A DNA stretch of 64,000 bases from Octopus sinensis (GCF_006345805.1 NC_043005.1:86614001-86678000), one strand, 5' to 3'; positions 41,348 to 54,908 are shown, counted from the stretch's first letter. The notes: generated by a model from the sequence alone, not told the origin. Numbers and translations: made by a program.

Positions 41348-43562
41348 AATAACGGCAGGAGCAGCAGCAGTAACTGTATCAATATTTTGTTCAAACTACC
41401 AATATCAATTATTAACATTTCAGGTTTGCTTTTGCTCTGGAAAAAGGACATCAAACGAAAATGAATTAAAGGTATCTTTCGTTTCCGGTACACAGACTAC
41501 CATCGAATTATTCCATATTTCACGTCTGCTTTTGATTTTATGTGCCTGCAAAAAAAAAAAAAAATTACAATTATAACAATTCGAACAATATCATCCATAC
41601 GGAAAAAATACGGTCATATTTCGTGTTAGCATTTATTTTTCCCCTTTCTATTTTATTCCAATAGTCGTAGGTCGCTGTTGAAATAGCAGAATAATGGCCT
41701 GATAAAAGAGTTAACGGTGTTTAATTTGTTCTTTTCTGTTCTTACTTTAAAATCCTCACTGTGGTCCTATTTTTTCTTTCATCCATCATGAGTGGATATC
41801 AGGAATTACCAGTCAGGTATTGGGGTCGACTTCGACGATTGGCCCTTCTTGGGACATTCATTACACTCATGCCTTGAAAATGTCACGAGCTATAGAAATT
41901 AACACAGTCTCTAGGGTGCATAGCTGGCTGAGACGAGAACAGCAACAATTGATTGGGAGACGTTTTTGTGAGCCACAGTGGTTGCTTTGGTGTGAAAACG
42001 GGGATTTTATTGATTTTGGGGGACATTTGGGGGTCTAGATTGGACGCCTTTTGCCCGATTTCAATCAAATTTTCAACATAATAAAGTGGAAGTGGATTTG
42101 TAATTTAGGCGCGGAAAATGGGTTCGAAATTTTGAAAATTAAGTCAGGTTTTTGAAGTTGAAAACTTTGGTGTCCATTCGCGGAGTCATTTCAGTGCTGA
42201 TCATTGCCCAAATATTCCGGGCAAAATATTTTTACTACCCACTTGTGGGTAGTAAAGAAATAGAAATTTATTAACTCAAGTCATAAAAGATAATTAACTG
42301 ACATCTCGTGGGTTGAGCTGTTTAATGGAACAGTCGTTAAACCATCCAAGCCAAGCACTAACGAAATATTAGTCCTGTGTATTGTATGTAAGAATCGAAA
42401 CAGTTGACAAGGCAAGTCCCTTAACCCCTTGGAAGTCGCTGGAGCGCTGGAGTCATGCAGCATATCTAGGTCGCGAAATCCTATCGGAAATTATCTCACT
42501 CTAGGTTAAACTCAGTTCTACAGCCGAGTGGACTGGAGCAACGTGAAGTGAAGTGTTTTGCTCACGAATACAACGCATCACCAGGTCCAAGAATCGAAAC
42601 CACAATCTTACGATCGTAAGCCCAACTCCCGGAAAACTAACGAAGCCACGTGTGTAAATAGGAAACTATGACTGAAATTCTTTTTCTGTATTATTAACTG
42701 TAGAACTCTCTACATAGTCCCTGAATATATCTCTTAGCAATCTAACATCTATACCTACATCGAAATTCACTACTTTCTTTTGATTTTGTTTGAGGAATCA
42801 GAAAATATCTCTTTTCAGTGCTTGACAATTTAAAATGTTGTAGAGCTGTGCACTTATGTCGATAATGCGTGTATATGCATGAACCATCTGTAGCAACACT
42901 CAAAATAGTTCTCATCTATAATGCGAGTAACTAAGAAAGGTTTCCCATTTTGTGACATTTCTAAAGACTTCTTTTCCTTTAAAATCCATTTTGTGTATCG
43001 TATTTAAGATAAAAAATACTTTTATGTCGTCCAACTAAGAAGTGACTCTTAATATACTTTGTACGTAAATAAGCAACTTTAACTGAAGCTCAATTCTGCT
43101 CACACGATACGGCTTCCTTTTTTTCCATAAACTTATCACAGATAAATATATCTCCTGAAATGCATTCATCTGGGAATCTTCGCATACACACTTTTTATAT
43201 CCTGCATTTTCGCCTCAGCGAAATTTTAAACCGAGCATCAATCTTGGAGCCACGTTTGCACCGCACACTGCACTACCTCGACCAAAAATAATTTCATGCA
43301 ACTCGATACCTCAACTATAATAATTGCAGCATCAGTATGTATATTTAGCTATTCAAGAAACACAACCTGAATAATATTATATATTTGAAAATGCTGAACT
43401 TAGCTAAGTACAATTAAAACAAAAATAAAATGCGAGTTATTTTCCTGTCAGTGTTTCAACCTCTATATTACTCACGGTGCTTCACATATCGCAGAGGGTA
43501 ACACTTGATCTGAATGAAAGCTGAGAGCTGTTTCTGAACGGTATGTTTCTACTTTTCTTTTA

Positions 43563-43700
43563 GCCTCAGACTGGGAGATGAAAGTGGACCTGAGAGGCAG
43601 ACTAATCTTCACCAAGGCACCCAGGCGTGTTCCTGTTCTCCAGAAATATGACAACAATCATCCTGGGCAAATTCATAAAGCTCTGGTAGTACAGACTCGA
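43563..43700 (+). mobile_element. Remnant of a restriction-like endonuclease from a HERO/R2-type non-LTR element
   Basis: ASDWEMKVDLRGRLIF, then after a frameshift PGVFLFSRNMTTIILG. Resembles A.DW...VDL...L.FP....RPD.VL.S....I...E in RLE-clade elements. Confidence 0.5.
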
Positions 43701-43762
43701 TATTTCCGACGAGGTAGATCAAAATAGCAGGGCTCAGTCGATCAGCTACGTAGCAAGGGCTC

Positions 43763-44060
43763 GGAGGCACATGGCCTAGTGGTTACAGCAGCGGACTCGC
43801 GGTCGAGGGATCACGGGTTCGATTCTCAGATCGGGCAATGTGTGTGTTTATGATCGAAACACCTAAGCTCCACGCGGTTCCAGCGGAAGGTAATGGCGAA
43901 CTTCTGCTGTCTCTTTCTCCACAACTTTCTCTCACTCTTTCCTCCTGCATCTTGCAGCTCACCTGCGATGGACCGGGTCCCGTCCAGGTGGGGAACCTAT
44001 ACGCCAAGGAAACCGGGAAACCGGCTCTTATGAGCCAGCCATGGTTCGAGAAGGAACAAA
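43763..44060 (+). mobile_element. tRNA-derived SINE, family C
   Basis: A box TGGCCTAGTGG, B box GGTTCGATTC and a CTGCGATGGAC...GTCCAGG segment reminiscent of V-SINE cores (inference). Confidence 0.8.
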
Positions 44061-45935
44061 TAAACCCAAGAGCTTGCATGCAGCTCTTTGTCCTTTGTGA
44101 GCATTATCAATTCTAATTCTTTCCAAATATCAATATAAACACAAGAGACTTGATTTTTTTATGCCAGGAAAATATACGTAACGCATGCGTATTGATTATA
44201 TAGAAAAGAAATCGCAAATATAAAAATGGCTACTTCTGAAAAAAGCTGTTAATACAAGGGAGATAACTGATCTATTGCAACAAGAAACTGGATCAGAAAT
44301 TTTAATTTGAAATTGACGGATACGTGGAAGTAATACGTGCTGTTCCAATATTTAATTCTTTTCATTATTATTAAGACTTTACAATTTTTTTATTGTAGGT
44401 AACTATGTAAAGTATTTGTTCATTCTTTTTAGAAATATTCAGTATCACATAACATTAACTAGATATATTACAAATTAGATATATTACAAAAAGTAGAATT
44501 TAATCAAAATTTAAGATGGAATTCATTACAGTCTGTAAGAAATCCATTAGTTGTTCTTTTCTTCACAGAGCATTCGCAGTCTAAGACGCGCATTCCAGAA
44601 ACTTTGTAATATAGATGGGTATATTGCGTGTATCATACAGGAAAAAGAAATTACGTAAACCTGTAGAAGCCTAATTCAATATGCGAGAAAAGCATTCCAG
44701 TATATTTGTTCTGATAGTTTTGTAATTGATGATAAACAATATAGTTATCATTAATCTAACAGCTAAACCAAACTCTTGAAGTAGCTGACAACTGACGATA
44801 TTCTATTCCAACATCATGTTTTCTCATATATTTGAAACGAACAAATGAAATTTTAAGTAATTTCGATGACAGATATTTCAATGAGAGAATTTTTCACAGG
44901 AATATCAAACAAAACAAACTAAAATATCTCAAATATACCCATTGAAAATATCATTAGATATATATCTCAATCTCCTCACCAACAAATTTGCATCTATCTA
45001 TCTATATGTGTGTGTGTACTGTATATGTAGGACATTTTGTCAGTGGATGTGTTTGTGGAGTTGTTACATAACTCCTCCTACATCGTTTTATCGATTTTGA
45101 TGAAACTGTACACGTGAGTAGATCTCATGTCTGGAAACCTGATGACATACTCAGACCATTGAAACATCGTTAATAGGGTTCCTGGAAGGGATTCATATAT
45201 ATATATATATCTGATATATTTTAATCTAAAGACCAAGGGAAATAACCCATTTGCATTGGAAGGGATCCTTATATATATCCAAGGGAAATAACCCACTCAT
45301 TTTCTTAAATCAATTGTTAAAAATGAAATTGAGTATGATTATTTCTTAGTATTTGAACTGTTAGAGTTATTTTCGCAATTTATCCAGTACAACCCTTACA
45401 CAGGTAAATAGTATTCTCCTAAACGATAGATCCACTTATTTCGGTTAGTGACTTATTCACGAATATACCACCACTAGCGCCGCTGAGGGTAATATTTTCT
45501 AGGAATGCACAAAAGTCTTTTTCAGAGATATTTACTTTGAATTGTTATTATTTCATATCTGATTAGACTGTTATTACGTAACTTGCCTCACGATTTTAGT
45601 ATACATACCATATAAGTATTTTCTCCTCTGTTCTATATACTCTGGGAACGCATTAAAGCCCTTTTCGGGGCTACTTTATTTGAATTCTTACTATCGGGTA
45701 ACTAATTTCATGTTATTACGTAAGTGACTTCACAATTTGGGTATTCATAACTTATTGGGAATTCCTAAAAACAAGATCCTGTGTAAGACAGTTCAGTATT
45801 CTGAGTAAATGCGCAAAAACCGTTTTAAGGGCTACAAACTTTATATCGTTGTTACTGGATCAGCGAAACAATTATGAGAACGGAACCAAGGAATAAGCCC
45901 CGCTTTCTCCGGGAATTACCGGGTACATCAGCTAG

Positions 45936-45973
<38 letters not shown>

Positions 45974-46254
45974 TGTCTGCCTCTCTGTCTATTCAACTCT
46001 TATTTTTGTTTCTTTCTCTTTCTCTTTTCTTCTCTCTTTATATGAATACTCACACACACACGAACATTCCCACACACACATATATTCGTATATATATGCT
46101 TGAACATAGGTCAATGTAGGCATGTATGTGTATAATATGCATACACATATTTAAAACTTTCATACAGGCATTCACATATTGACAATCTTACTTCATATCT
46201 TCGTCTCTCTATATTTTTATCTGTATGCTAATGGATATACTTTGCAGCTACACA

Positions 46255-46925
46255 TTTACTCTTACTCTGTACTCTTTTACTCGTTCCAGTCATTTGACTG
46301 CGGCCATGCTGGAGCACCACCTTTAGTCGAGCAAATCAACCCCAGGACTTATTCTTTGTAAGCCTAGTACATATTCTGTCGGTCTCTTTCGCCAAATTGC
46401 TAAGTTACGGGGACGTAAACACACCAGTATCGGTTGTCAAGCAATGTTGGGGTGGGGACAAACACAGATACAGAAACGCACATATATATATATAAATAGG
46501 AAACTGAAAGAAGCTCGTCGTATATATATATATATACGACGAGCTTCTTTCAGTTTCCTATTTCTTTGTTGCCCACAAGGAGCTAAACAAAAAGGGACAA
46601 ACAAGGACAGACAAAGGGATTAAGTCGATTACATCGACCCCAGTGCATAACTAATACTTAATTTATCGACCCCGAAAGGATGAAAGGCAAAGTCGACCTC
46701 GGTGGAATTTGAACTCAGAACGTAGCGGCAGACGAAATAGCGCTAAGAATTTTCGCCCGGCACGCTAATGTTTCTGCCAGCTAGCCGCCTTTCAATTTCC
46801 GTCTACCAAATCCACTCACAAGGCTTTAGATTACACTTGCCCAAGGTGCCACGCAGTGGGACTGAACCCGGAAACATGTGGCTGGTAAGCAAGCTACTTA
46901 CCACACAGCCATTCCTGTGCCTATG
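46255..46925 (-). mobile_element. SINE family B interrupted by a family A SINE (about 46559-46789)
   Basis: The family B sequence breaks at TTTCAGTTTCC (46548-58) and resumes at TTTCAATTTCC (46790-800), an 11-bp target duplication with one mismatch. Confidence 0.8.
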
Positions 46926-47600
46926 GAATTTCATAATAATGAGCCCCCTACAAACAACTTATATGCACTCACGTGCATTAACACTGCAATGAATTTCGAT
47001 AATTAATTTACATTTATGTAATATAACACTGCATTAATTAATGATGTATGTTGATTTTAATTGGAACCAGAAGATATGTATGAATCTATTGGGATCAATA
47101 TATGGTGAAAATTATGTTCTTAAAGAACGATAACGGTGCTTTGAATCACCCACGCAGCCATTTAAGTTCTCGGAACAAATGAAATACACCAAGAACGTAA
47201 ATTTTAAGCGCAGGTTTATTGCGAAAAGTTTGATGAAGACAACAATATTCAGTTTTTAAAAGAAAATAAATATTGGTTCTCTGCAGCATTTCCAATAAGC
47301 AGGTGGCCATCGGAAGAAATTCTAAAAGTCTAGTCAAGGAAAGAAATCATACACGTTTACAAGCGTACAGGTATATAACACACATAGTTATATATAACTT
47401 CATATTCACGTTTACGTATAAAGTTTTACAGACACATACATGTACGACTGGCATTGATAACAAAGCAACCACCTATAACATACATATATAACAACTCTGC
47501 TATGTTGCTTAATAGCATTTTATTCCATACACACACAAAGACACTCACGCACAGACACACAGGTATATATATACATAAACCCATGAACACATGCACACAC

Positions 47601-47665
<65 letters not shown>

Positions 47666-48413
47666 GTATATCAAAGAATAAATACGTATATACATATATA
47701 CATACATACATAATAAGATGCAAATATACACTTATATATGTTTCAATGTAATCATTGTTTCGCTAACCACCTGTCCTTTCAATACATTGATATTCTCTAA
47801 GAAATAGTTTTCTATGTTCCATAGTCGAATAAAGTTATTGCCTAAGAAATAAATTGTGTCGCACATTCCTTACAAGATAACGGTATAATCACAAAGTCGT
47901 ATTTATGGAGATAATTGTCGAAGGTGTAAATAACAGAATGGAATGACGTCGGAAAAAGTTTTCAAAATAAATATTCACTTTGCCGAAAGATTCAATAATA
48001 TTTTTTCCCTCTCTCTCTCTCTCTGTTTAACTCGAGTACATGTATATACTCAGACACATACGGATGTATAAATATGTTTGTATATACGTCTATATGTCTA
48101 TCATGCATGCATATATATAAAATATATATATATAAAATGTATTCCTATACACACACACATATGCGTGTGTGTGTACAGTGTGTGTGAAAAAGAGAGATAA
48201 AGAGAGGCGGAAAGAGGGAGATAGACAGAAAGTAAGATATTGACACGAATGTATTCCTGTCTGCCTGCCTGTGTAGGAAGACAAAATCGTGTTGTGTTGT
48301 ACTGCCTGTTTCCAAACTATTCTCTAACACAGGCATCTATCTGATTTTTTTCTTCTATTGAAACCAGCGGTGTTACAGTTCAGGTGACGCCATTTTGATA
48401 CGACTAGTACTAC

Positions 48414-48710
48414 AAAGGAGGCGAGCTGGCAGAAACATTCTTATGCAGGGCAAAATGCTAAGAGGAATTCACTCTGTCCAAACAGAACGAGTTCAAATCC
48501 CACCGATATCGACCTTGCCTTTCATCATGTCGAAATCGATAATGTAAGAACCAGTTGAGCACAGTTGGTGAATTAATCGACTTATCCCTCTCTCCGATAT
48601 TGCTGGCTCTTTGAAAAACTTCACCAACCCCGAAAATATGAAAGGCAAATTGGACCTCGGCAGAATTTGAACTCAGAATGTAGACGAAATGGCACTAAGC
48701 ACATTGCCTT
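48414..48710. mobile_element. Degenerate family A SINE (+) followed by an opposite-strand family A fragment
   Basis: AAAGGAGGCGAGCTGGCAGAAAC head and GAGTTCAAATCCC, then AAAGGCAAATTGGACCTCGGCAGAATTTGAACTCAGAA (reverse complement of the body). Confidence 0.65.
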
Positions 48711-48734
48711 CGATTCTCTTAAATCACCGTCTTT

Positions 48735-48756
48735 AATACTACTACTACTACTAATT

Positions 48757-48791
<35 letters not shown>

Positions 48792-48947
48792 ACTCCACCA
48801 CCTCCTCCTCCTCTTCCTCCTCCTCCTACTACTACTATTATACTACTACTACTACTACTACTACTACTATTGCTGCTACTGCTGCTACTGCTGCTACTAC
48901 TACTGCTGCTGCTGCTGCAACTACTACTACTACTTCTACTACTACTA

Positions 48948-48978
<31 letters not shown>

Positions 48979-49013
48979 AGCTACTACTACTACTACTTCT
49001 TCTACTACTACTA

Positions 49014-49048
<35 letters not shown>

Positions 49049-49217
49049 ACTAATGCTTCTGCTGTTACTACTGTTACTACTACTACTACTATTCCTGCTA
49101 TTACTACTACTACAACAACTACTACTTCTACTGCTACTACTACTACTGCTGCTGCTATTACTACTACTACTACAACTACTACTACTACTGCTGCTGTTAC
49201 TACTACCTCTACTACTA

Positions 49218-49255
<38 letters not shown>

Positions 49256-49257
49256 GC

Positions 49258-49295
<38 letters not shown>
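48735..49295. repeat. Compound CTA/CTG/CTC/TAA trinucleotide array
   Basis: Direct reading. Confidence 0.95.
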
Positions 49296-49299
<4 letters not shown>

Positions 49300-49612
49300 C
49301 GTTACAGAGAGACTTTCAAAACACAAAGACCTGGAAATAGAGGTAACTCGAATGTGGAGACTAAGAACCAACAAATCCTATCTTAGTAAGCGCATTTAGT
49401 ATGATAAAAAAAATATTAGGACTAACAAATATATATAACACAGAAAATAGTACTACTAGGTACCACACACATTCTACGTAAAACACTGTCAATACAGTAA
49501 CCCTAGGAGCATCATAGTAAACCACAACACATACCCAAGGTACACAAAGCTGTGCTCCGTAGTGCAGTGAAACAACGTGATAAAATTGAGACTACTGAGT
49601 AAAAATAATGGT
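49296..49612 (+). mobile_element. R4/Dong 3' end fragment
   Basis: RLSKHKDLEIEVTRMWRLRT...LLGTTHILRKTLSIQ*, with a 3' UTR matching 1452-1540. Preceded by (TAA)n. Confidence 0.8.
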
Positions 49613-49619
49613 TTCATTT

Positions 49620-50000
49620 CTGTAGTTTGTTCTCTGTCAGATTCTAACACTCCGAGATAATTGTAACTCTCACCTCCTTCCAATGGTTTTAATGACTGGC
49701 CATCTGGTAACTGGATGCTTTCACTATTGACTACCTGTTCTCTTCTCAGGACTAATATTGCACACTTATGTATGCCAAATACCTCGCCTGTATCTTTGTT
49801 GAAGAGTATTAAGGAATCTATATTCTTTTCATTCTTACTAAAAAGCTTCTAGTCATCCATGTAGAGCAAATGGTTAATTTATCCTTTGGTATTTCTGAGC
49901 TGATGCCCTACCTTTGTCTTCCTGAATGCTAAACAAACAAGTCTCCCTGAAGAATTCCTCTTTTGAAACATCTGAGTAGAAATCTACTTTCTATTTATTC
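49620..50000 (-). mobile_element. R4/Dong RT-domain fragment
   Basis: INHLLYMDD*KLF...FGIHKCAIL...ESYNYLGVLESD. Confidence 0.8.
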
Positions 50001-50479
50001 TTGCTAAAGCTAATTAATTCTCTATGCTGATTACATTCAAAACATTTACTTATCCATGAATGTGCGAACATATCATAGGATTTCCTATAATCTATCCATG
50101 CCATTGTTAGATCTTTTTTTCTTTCTAGCATTTACTTCATTTGAAACTGCTTTGTGTATATATAATAGATCATGCAATCTATATATAATACACTGTAACA
50201 CATGCTTTGTTTATTTGTATTTTTTAATGTTCATGTATGCATTTTTTGCCACTAAATTCAAAAATCACATTCCTTTGACGTAACATAGATAGTTATTTAT
50301 TTATTCCTAATTTCATAATTTGCTCGATATATTTGTAACTTTTCTCTACAGCACTTTGCTCGTTCAATCTGTTCTAGTATTGTAAGGATAATTACACAAC
50401 ATTTAGTACTTTTTCATATATTGAAAGGTATTTAGGAAGTATTAGAACAAAAAGAAGCAATAAAATTCTGCCCTGTAAA

Positions 50480-52370
50480 TGCCTTGATAACTCTTTTCTT
50501 AAGATGAGAAGTGCTTTGACGATCGAGATTTTCCGGAGTGCATACCCTATCTCCTGACTAGGGACCATATATAATCTCCCATCGTAGCAGTATCCCGTCG
50601 TCCTTGGTATCTTCTTTCCATAGTTGCGATGTCCTGATGAAATATTTCTCCATGCTCCTCACTGACATCACCCAAGTTGAGAGTACAAAAAAATGAACCT
50701 TCATCATACGACAACCTATTTTCTTGAGGTTTTCAATAAACTTTGCTACCAGCTGTTTGTAATTAGGATCCTTGTGATTTCCTAGAAATCCACGAACTAC
50801 ATCACGAAATGCACACCAAGCTTCTTTTTAGACTTTTGTCACCGCTCATTCCAGTTTCTTTGACTTTAACATTGCATTTACTTGAGGCCCAGAAATATTC
50901 CACCCTTGATCTTAGCCTCAGATAGCTTTGGAAACATAACACAAATTTCTTGAAAAGCTTCTCCTCCAAAATCTAAGGCCTTCACAAACTGTTTTACCAA
51001 TCCGAGTTTGATATGAAGTGGGGGTAATACGATTTTGTTGGAATCTACTAGTGGTTGTTTGAGAACATTTAACATTCCTAGCTGCAATTCCACTCGTGGG
51101 GGCCAATGTACTCTCTTGTAATGATGATCATCAGCTCTGCTGTCCCATGAGCAAAGGAAACATGAATACTTTGTGTATCCCCCTTGCAAGCCAAGCAAGA
51201 AGGCAAGCATCTTGAAATCACCACAAACATCCCACTTGAACTCAGCGTAATTTATTTTGTCGAGAGGTGCTTTGACATTATTGTAATTTTCTTTCTTCTG
51301 TACGGAGTGTGCAGGAGGCAAAGAAGGATATTTATTTCCATTGTGGAGCAACACTGCTTTGAGACTTCGTGTTGAGCTATCTATGAATAGTTGCTATTCT
51401 GCAGAATCATTCTCGAGTCCAATAGCAGTAAACAAACCAATCACATCTTTACAATAACACAGATCATTAATATTTTCATAGTAATTTTCAAATTCTTCAT
51501 GGCGTTTCCAGTACAGAGATGTCTTGCAGTTTTCCCCCAGTAGATTCCATTCCTTCAACCTTGATGAAAGAAGTTCAGCTCCTGATTTAGTAAGACCCAG
51601 ATCCCTGATTAAATCATCTAGCTCGCTCTGATTTGGAAAGTGAGGCTCCGAAATCGTTCTTGGTACGAAAGCTTCCTCCATTTCTTGGCTGCTGCTACTT
51701 GTTGACTCTTCAGACGAAATATTTTCTGGTAGCGATACTCATAAACTGTCATCATGTGGGACAGGTGCTCTTGATGATGGTATGTCTGGATACTGAAGAG
51801 CTTGTCTTCCCTTCACTTTTCTGTACTTTGTCACATCGACCATACAAAAGTAAGAGTCATCGTGATGGTTCTTTGGTTTTATCCATACCCTTGGAATGGC
51901 AAAAGGCATTGACCTTCCTGTACCTCTTAACCATCCTTCTAGAGCAGATCGACAGCTTCCACATATCACATGTGGGGCTCATGTTTTGTCCTAGTCACCC
52001 ATGGACGTTCGGAAATAGTCTGTACGCTATTCACAATTTGGCACCTTTCACGATCCTATGTAATACCTGCTTTTTTCCAATATAATAACCACACACATAG
52101 CAAAATGTATCTGGAGAATATTTACATACTCTTGCAGACATCCTGAAAGTAGCAGAATTTAGTAATTGGTCTGAAAGAGAAAATTAGACATACATTTAGT
52201 AGCGGAACATTATAACAATACCAAATACATAATAATATTGAAAGCCGACATATTTTAACTGTTGATGATACACAAAATATAATTTCATTTTTCGAATCAG
52301 CAGAAAAAATGGATTAATAAACAATAAAAAAATACAATAAACAATTTTTTTTAAATTGTTACGTTGTGTG
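50480..52370 (-). mobile_element. Chapaev3-like (CMC superfamily) DNA transposon, decayed transposase
   Basis: ATG at 52141 gives MSARVCKYSPDTFCYVCG, then PHVICGSC..MPFAIPRVW..PKNH..SYFC, VCGDFKMLAFLLGLQGGYTKYSCFLCSWDSR, LPPLHIKLGLVKQFVKAL and EEHGEIFHQDI. Multiple stops and frameshifts. The 5' end begins CAC near 52370. Family name assigned from recalled motifs. Confidence 0.7.
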
Positions 52371-52454
52371 ATAGATCATGCCATATATTTGGTTTTGTAC
52401 ATAGTATTGTTCTAGAGGATGTTTAAGAAAACCTAAGAAAATTATAAATTTGTT

Positions 52455-52830
52455 TTAAAATTTGAGATTACATAGTATTTTACGTAGAATATGGGCAGTT
52501 CCCATGAGCACTATCTTTTGAATTTCTGCCATTTTCGTATTTCCTGGTATTTGAGCTAGGTAGGAAACAACCCCTTTTGCTTTCGTTCCTAGGACACCTA
52601 TGACAGCAAGTATTGTTGTCAATTTCTATTTCAAGATATTTATACTTGCTCAGTTTTTGGTAGGGCTTGACAGATACATTTATCTCGATTGGAATAGTAT
52701 TATCAAGAAGGAGGATTGATTTTTGTCCGAAGTCTTTCAATATAGTATCTGGCCTATTTGCATATATCTTTCTGTCCGTTTGAACGATCGATGAATTTCC
52801 AGAGGAGTGAGATGTGATCATTTTAAAGCA
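52455..52830 (-). mobile_element. R4/Dong endonuclease (RLE) 3' fragment
   Basis: TDRKIYANRPDTILKD...KLSKYKYLEIEI and, in another frame, EIQKIVLMGTAHILRKIL. Confidence 0.8.
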
Positions 52831-52867
52831 CTGGATGTGGTTTGTGTTCCCACCGGTTTTTATGATG

Positions 52868-53460
52868 TAAAACTATCAATAGAAGAGAATATCACTAAAC
52901 ACTGCGTTTACTGCACCCCATGCAGCTGTGGCAGGTTATACAATGGCGAAAAATGCCACCCCACTCAATTATGAAGAAAAGAGAGGATGAAACCAATAAA
53001 CTGTCCACAGTCTGTCCACAGGTCTCTCCGAAAAGATACAATAGATACGCGGCCCATATGACATCAAGGCAGTATTCAAGAGTAACACAACACTCCGTAA
53101 ATATCTCCTTCGAGTAAAACCACCAATAGAAGAGAATATAACTAAGAACTGCGTGTATTCCATTACATACAGCTGAGGTAGGTCATACAAAGGCGAAACA
53201 TGCCGCCCCCTAAAAATAAGGGTAGAGGGACATCGTAAAGCTCTGACACGAGGAGATATTAATAAATCGTGTATGGTAAAATGGAGATCACCTGCCCCAG
53301 TGGGATGCAGTTAAAATAATAGACAGAGAACACCACTGCAAAATACGAAAACTAAAAGAAGCATATATGCCAGGACACAATAACCTACTAAGCAGACCGA
53401 GTGCAGATATGAATAGCATATGGGAACCCGTATTAAGGATCGATAGGAAAATATTAGATA
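52868..53460 (+). mobile_element. Penelope-like element (Poseidon-like) GIY-YIG remnant with a duplicated motif block
   Basis: GLSEKIQ*IRGPYDIKAVFKSNTTLRKYLLRVKPPIEENITKNCVYSITYS*GRSYKGETCRPLKIRVEGHRKA. A second diverged block IEENITKHCVYCTPCSCGRLYNGEKC lies at about 52868-52960. Confidence 0.8.
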
Positions 53461-53547
53461 TATAAGCCCTAAGACTCAATTCATAATTGTTCACGGGTAA
53501 TTTAAGTTATTATCATAATCATTTATATTTTTATTATCTTTAATGTT

Positions 53548-53705
<158 letters not shown>

Positions 53706-54003
53706 CACCAAGATTGTTATCATATCCTCATCTCTCTCATCAGGATTAATATAGCATTTGTCACATATGGTTCACCATTATCAGCACCGTTCTCAAATAA
53801 TGTGCTGGTTTTCATTTTCTCCATATTTCGATTATCTTTCAGATGAATACGATGGCCTAGAATTATGAAAGCAACTTCATCATTAACATTATCCTGAATA
53901 TCAACAGCCATTTCGAGTTATTTTTATTCTCACTAATGTGATGCACTTTAAACTTCCTATTCATAGGAAGACACTTTCTAGTTGAATATTAAAACTACTT
54001 CTA

Positions 54004-54625
54004 AGGTAGCACGCTGGCAGAAACGATAGCACGCCGGGCGAAATGCTTAGCGCTATTTCGTCTGTCTTTACGTTCTCAGTTCAAATTCCACCGAGGTTGA
54101 CTTTGTCTTTCATCATTTCGGGGTCGATAAATTAAGTACCAGTTGCGTACAGGGCTTGATCTAATCGACTGGCTCCCTCACCCATAATTTCAGGCCTTGT
54201 GCCTAGAGTAGAAAAGATTATTCCTACTCATCAAGGCGGCAAGCTGGCATAAACGTCAGCACGCCGGGCGAAATACTTAGCGATATTTCGTGTGTCTTTA
54301 CGTTCTGAGTTCAAATTCAACCGAGGTCGACTTTGCCTTTCATCCTTTCGGGGTCGATAAATTAAGTACCAGTTACGCACTGGGGGTCGATGTAATCGAC
54401 TTAATCCGTTTCTCTGTCCCCTCTGTGTTTAGCTCCTTGTGGGTAATAACGAAACAGATATTTCGTGTGTCTTTAGGTTCTGAGTTCAAAATCCACTAAG
54501 GTCGACTTTGCCCTTCATCCTTTCGCAGTCGATAAATTAAGCACCAGTTGCATACTGGAGTCGATTTAATCGACTGGCCCGCTCTCCACCCAAAAATTTC
54601 GGGCCTTGTGCCTAGAGCAGAAAAG
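54004..54625 (+). mobile_element. Head-to-tail family A SINE cluster (monomer 54004-54222; body-dimer 54233-54625)
   Basis: Two heads (AAGGTAGCACGCTGGCAG and AAGGCGGCAAGCTGGC) and three bodies containing GTTCAAA...GGTCGACTTTGCC. Confidence 0.85.
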
Positions 54626-54684
54626 AAACGAATATCAAAATTATTTATGTAACTTATCAGTTATCTCTTTACATGTATCATGTA

Positions 54685-54766
<82 letters not shown>

Positions 54767-54776
54767 TTATTTATTT

Positions 54777-54908
54777 ATTTATTTTATAGAAGGAGCTTCT
54801 ACAGGACTAGAACTGTTTCATTCAAATGAAATCATCAGGTAGCTTCCTGATGATTTCATTTGAATGAAACAGTTCTAGTCCTGTAGAAGCTCCTTCTATA
54901 AAATAAAT
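54777..54908. repeat. Perfect 63-bp inverted repeat with 6-nt loop containing hammerhead cores
   Basis: 54777-54839 is the exact reverse complement of 54846-54908. The arm reads CCTGATGA-TTTCATTTGAAT-GAAA-C-AGTTCTA-G-TC-CTGTAGAAGCT. Confidence 0.85.

Noticed and set aside
43763-43840. tRNA gene
   Set aside because: A and B boxes are present, but the sequence continues into a SINE body found elsewhere in the window, and I could not build a full cloverleaf. The same applies to the other SINE heads.
45130-45185. Hammerhead-like CTGATGA...GAAAC
   Set aside because: No convincing stem II, and stem I does not start at the cleavage position.
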